Assembly (NCBI GenBank): GCA_039189765.1
Contig: JBCCYL010000004.1
Coordinates: forward strand, 64,001-128,000
DNA length: 64,000 bases
Reading direction: 5' to 3'
Origin: Cyanobacteria bacterium P01_F01_bin.150
GTDB lineage: Bacteria > Cyanobacteriota > Cyanobacteriia > CAKZMO01
Shown: in pieces, positions 63,765 through 64,000 of the stretch
Layout: each line of letters opens with the position of its first letter
Position numbering within the stretch: the stretch's first letter is position 1
Notes under the pieces: model-generated
The model's input: only the letters and a program-made list of their open reading frames with translations
The model's database searches: none
Told to the model about the DNA's origin: nothing
Program-made: the position numbers and the translations under genes

Positions 63765-63859
63765 AGCTATATGATAAAAATGAGTACTACTTAGTGTTCA
63801 TCTCACTACATTGTCGCCTAAAATATGGCATTGCCAGTCTTCTATACCTCTCTCTGTTA

Positions 63860-64000
63860 ATGGTTCAACTAATTTTTGTAATGCTGTCCGTTATTTTAGG
63901 GTCGGCTGTTTGCTCAGGCTCTGAAACTGCGCTGTTATCATTACCGATAATGCGGGTACGTCAGCTTGCTCAGTCAAATAAGCCGACTGCGATCGCGTTG
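63860..64000 (+). CDS. 5' part of a CNNM/DUF21 (hemolysin/CBS family) membrane protein, truncated by the window edge
   Basis: MVQLIFVMLSVILGSAVCSGSETALLSL, matching the S-x-x-E-T-A DUF21 signature. Confidence 0.75.
   Translation, partial: MVQLIFVMLSVILGSAVCSGSETALLSLPIMRVRQLAQSNKPTAIAL

Overview
Cyanobacterial chromosomal window. The evidence is petE, cpcG, ycf49, a COP23-domain gene, a PatA-like regulator and roughly 50 or more copies of HIP1 (GCGATCGC) by manual scan. It is mostly housekeeping genes (fni, pyrR, invertase, ugd/uxs, speA, pyk, argG, argC, ftsE, arsH, thiC with a TPP riboswitch, surE) plus tRNA-Ala(CGC). No CRISPR array, rRNA, prophage or intact transposase was found. The signals the ORF track does not explain are mostly non-coding: (1) about 12 copies of a ~80-bp MITE-like element with imperfect GGGT...ACCC termini, AT-rich 8-bp target-site duplications and a central hairpin whose sequence varies while pairing is kept; (2) two copies of a 109-bp REPIN-like repeat; (3) an unannotated ~170-nt minus-strand unit with an NtcA-type box over its -10, a 29-codon ORF and a terminator; (4) an hsdR relic beside the tRNA. 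Unusual proteins include a large-serine-recombinase-like protein lacking the catalytic Ser motif, a stand-alone Raw-like NDT/TIR-fold protein, a SET + GNAT gene pair, a long CcsA with a His-to-Tyr change coupled to a Tat-lipoprotein Rieske gene, a minimal MshEN protein and a frameshifted Uma2 gene. All family assignments come from motif recognition by eye, not from database searches.
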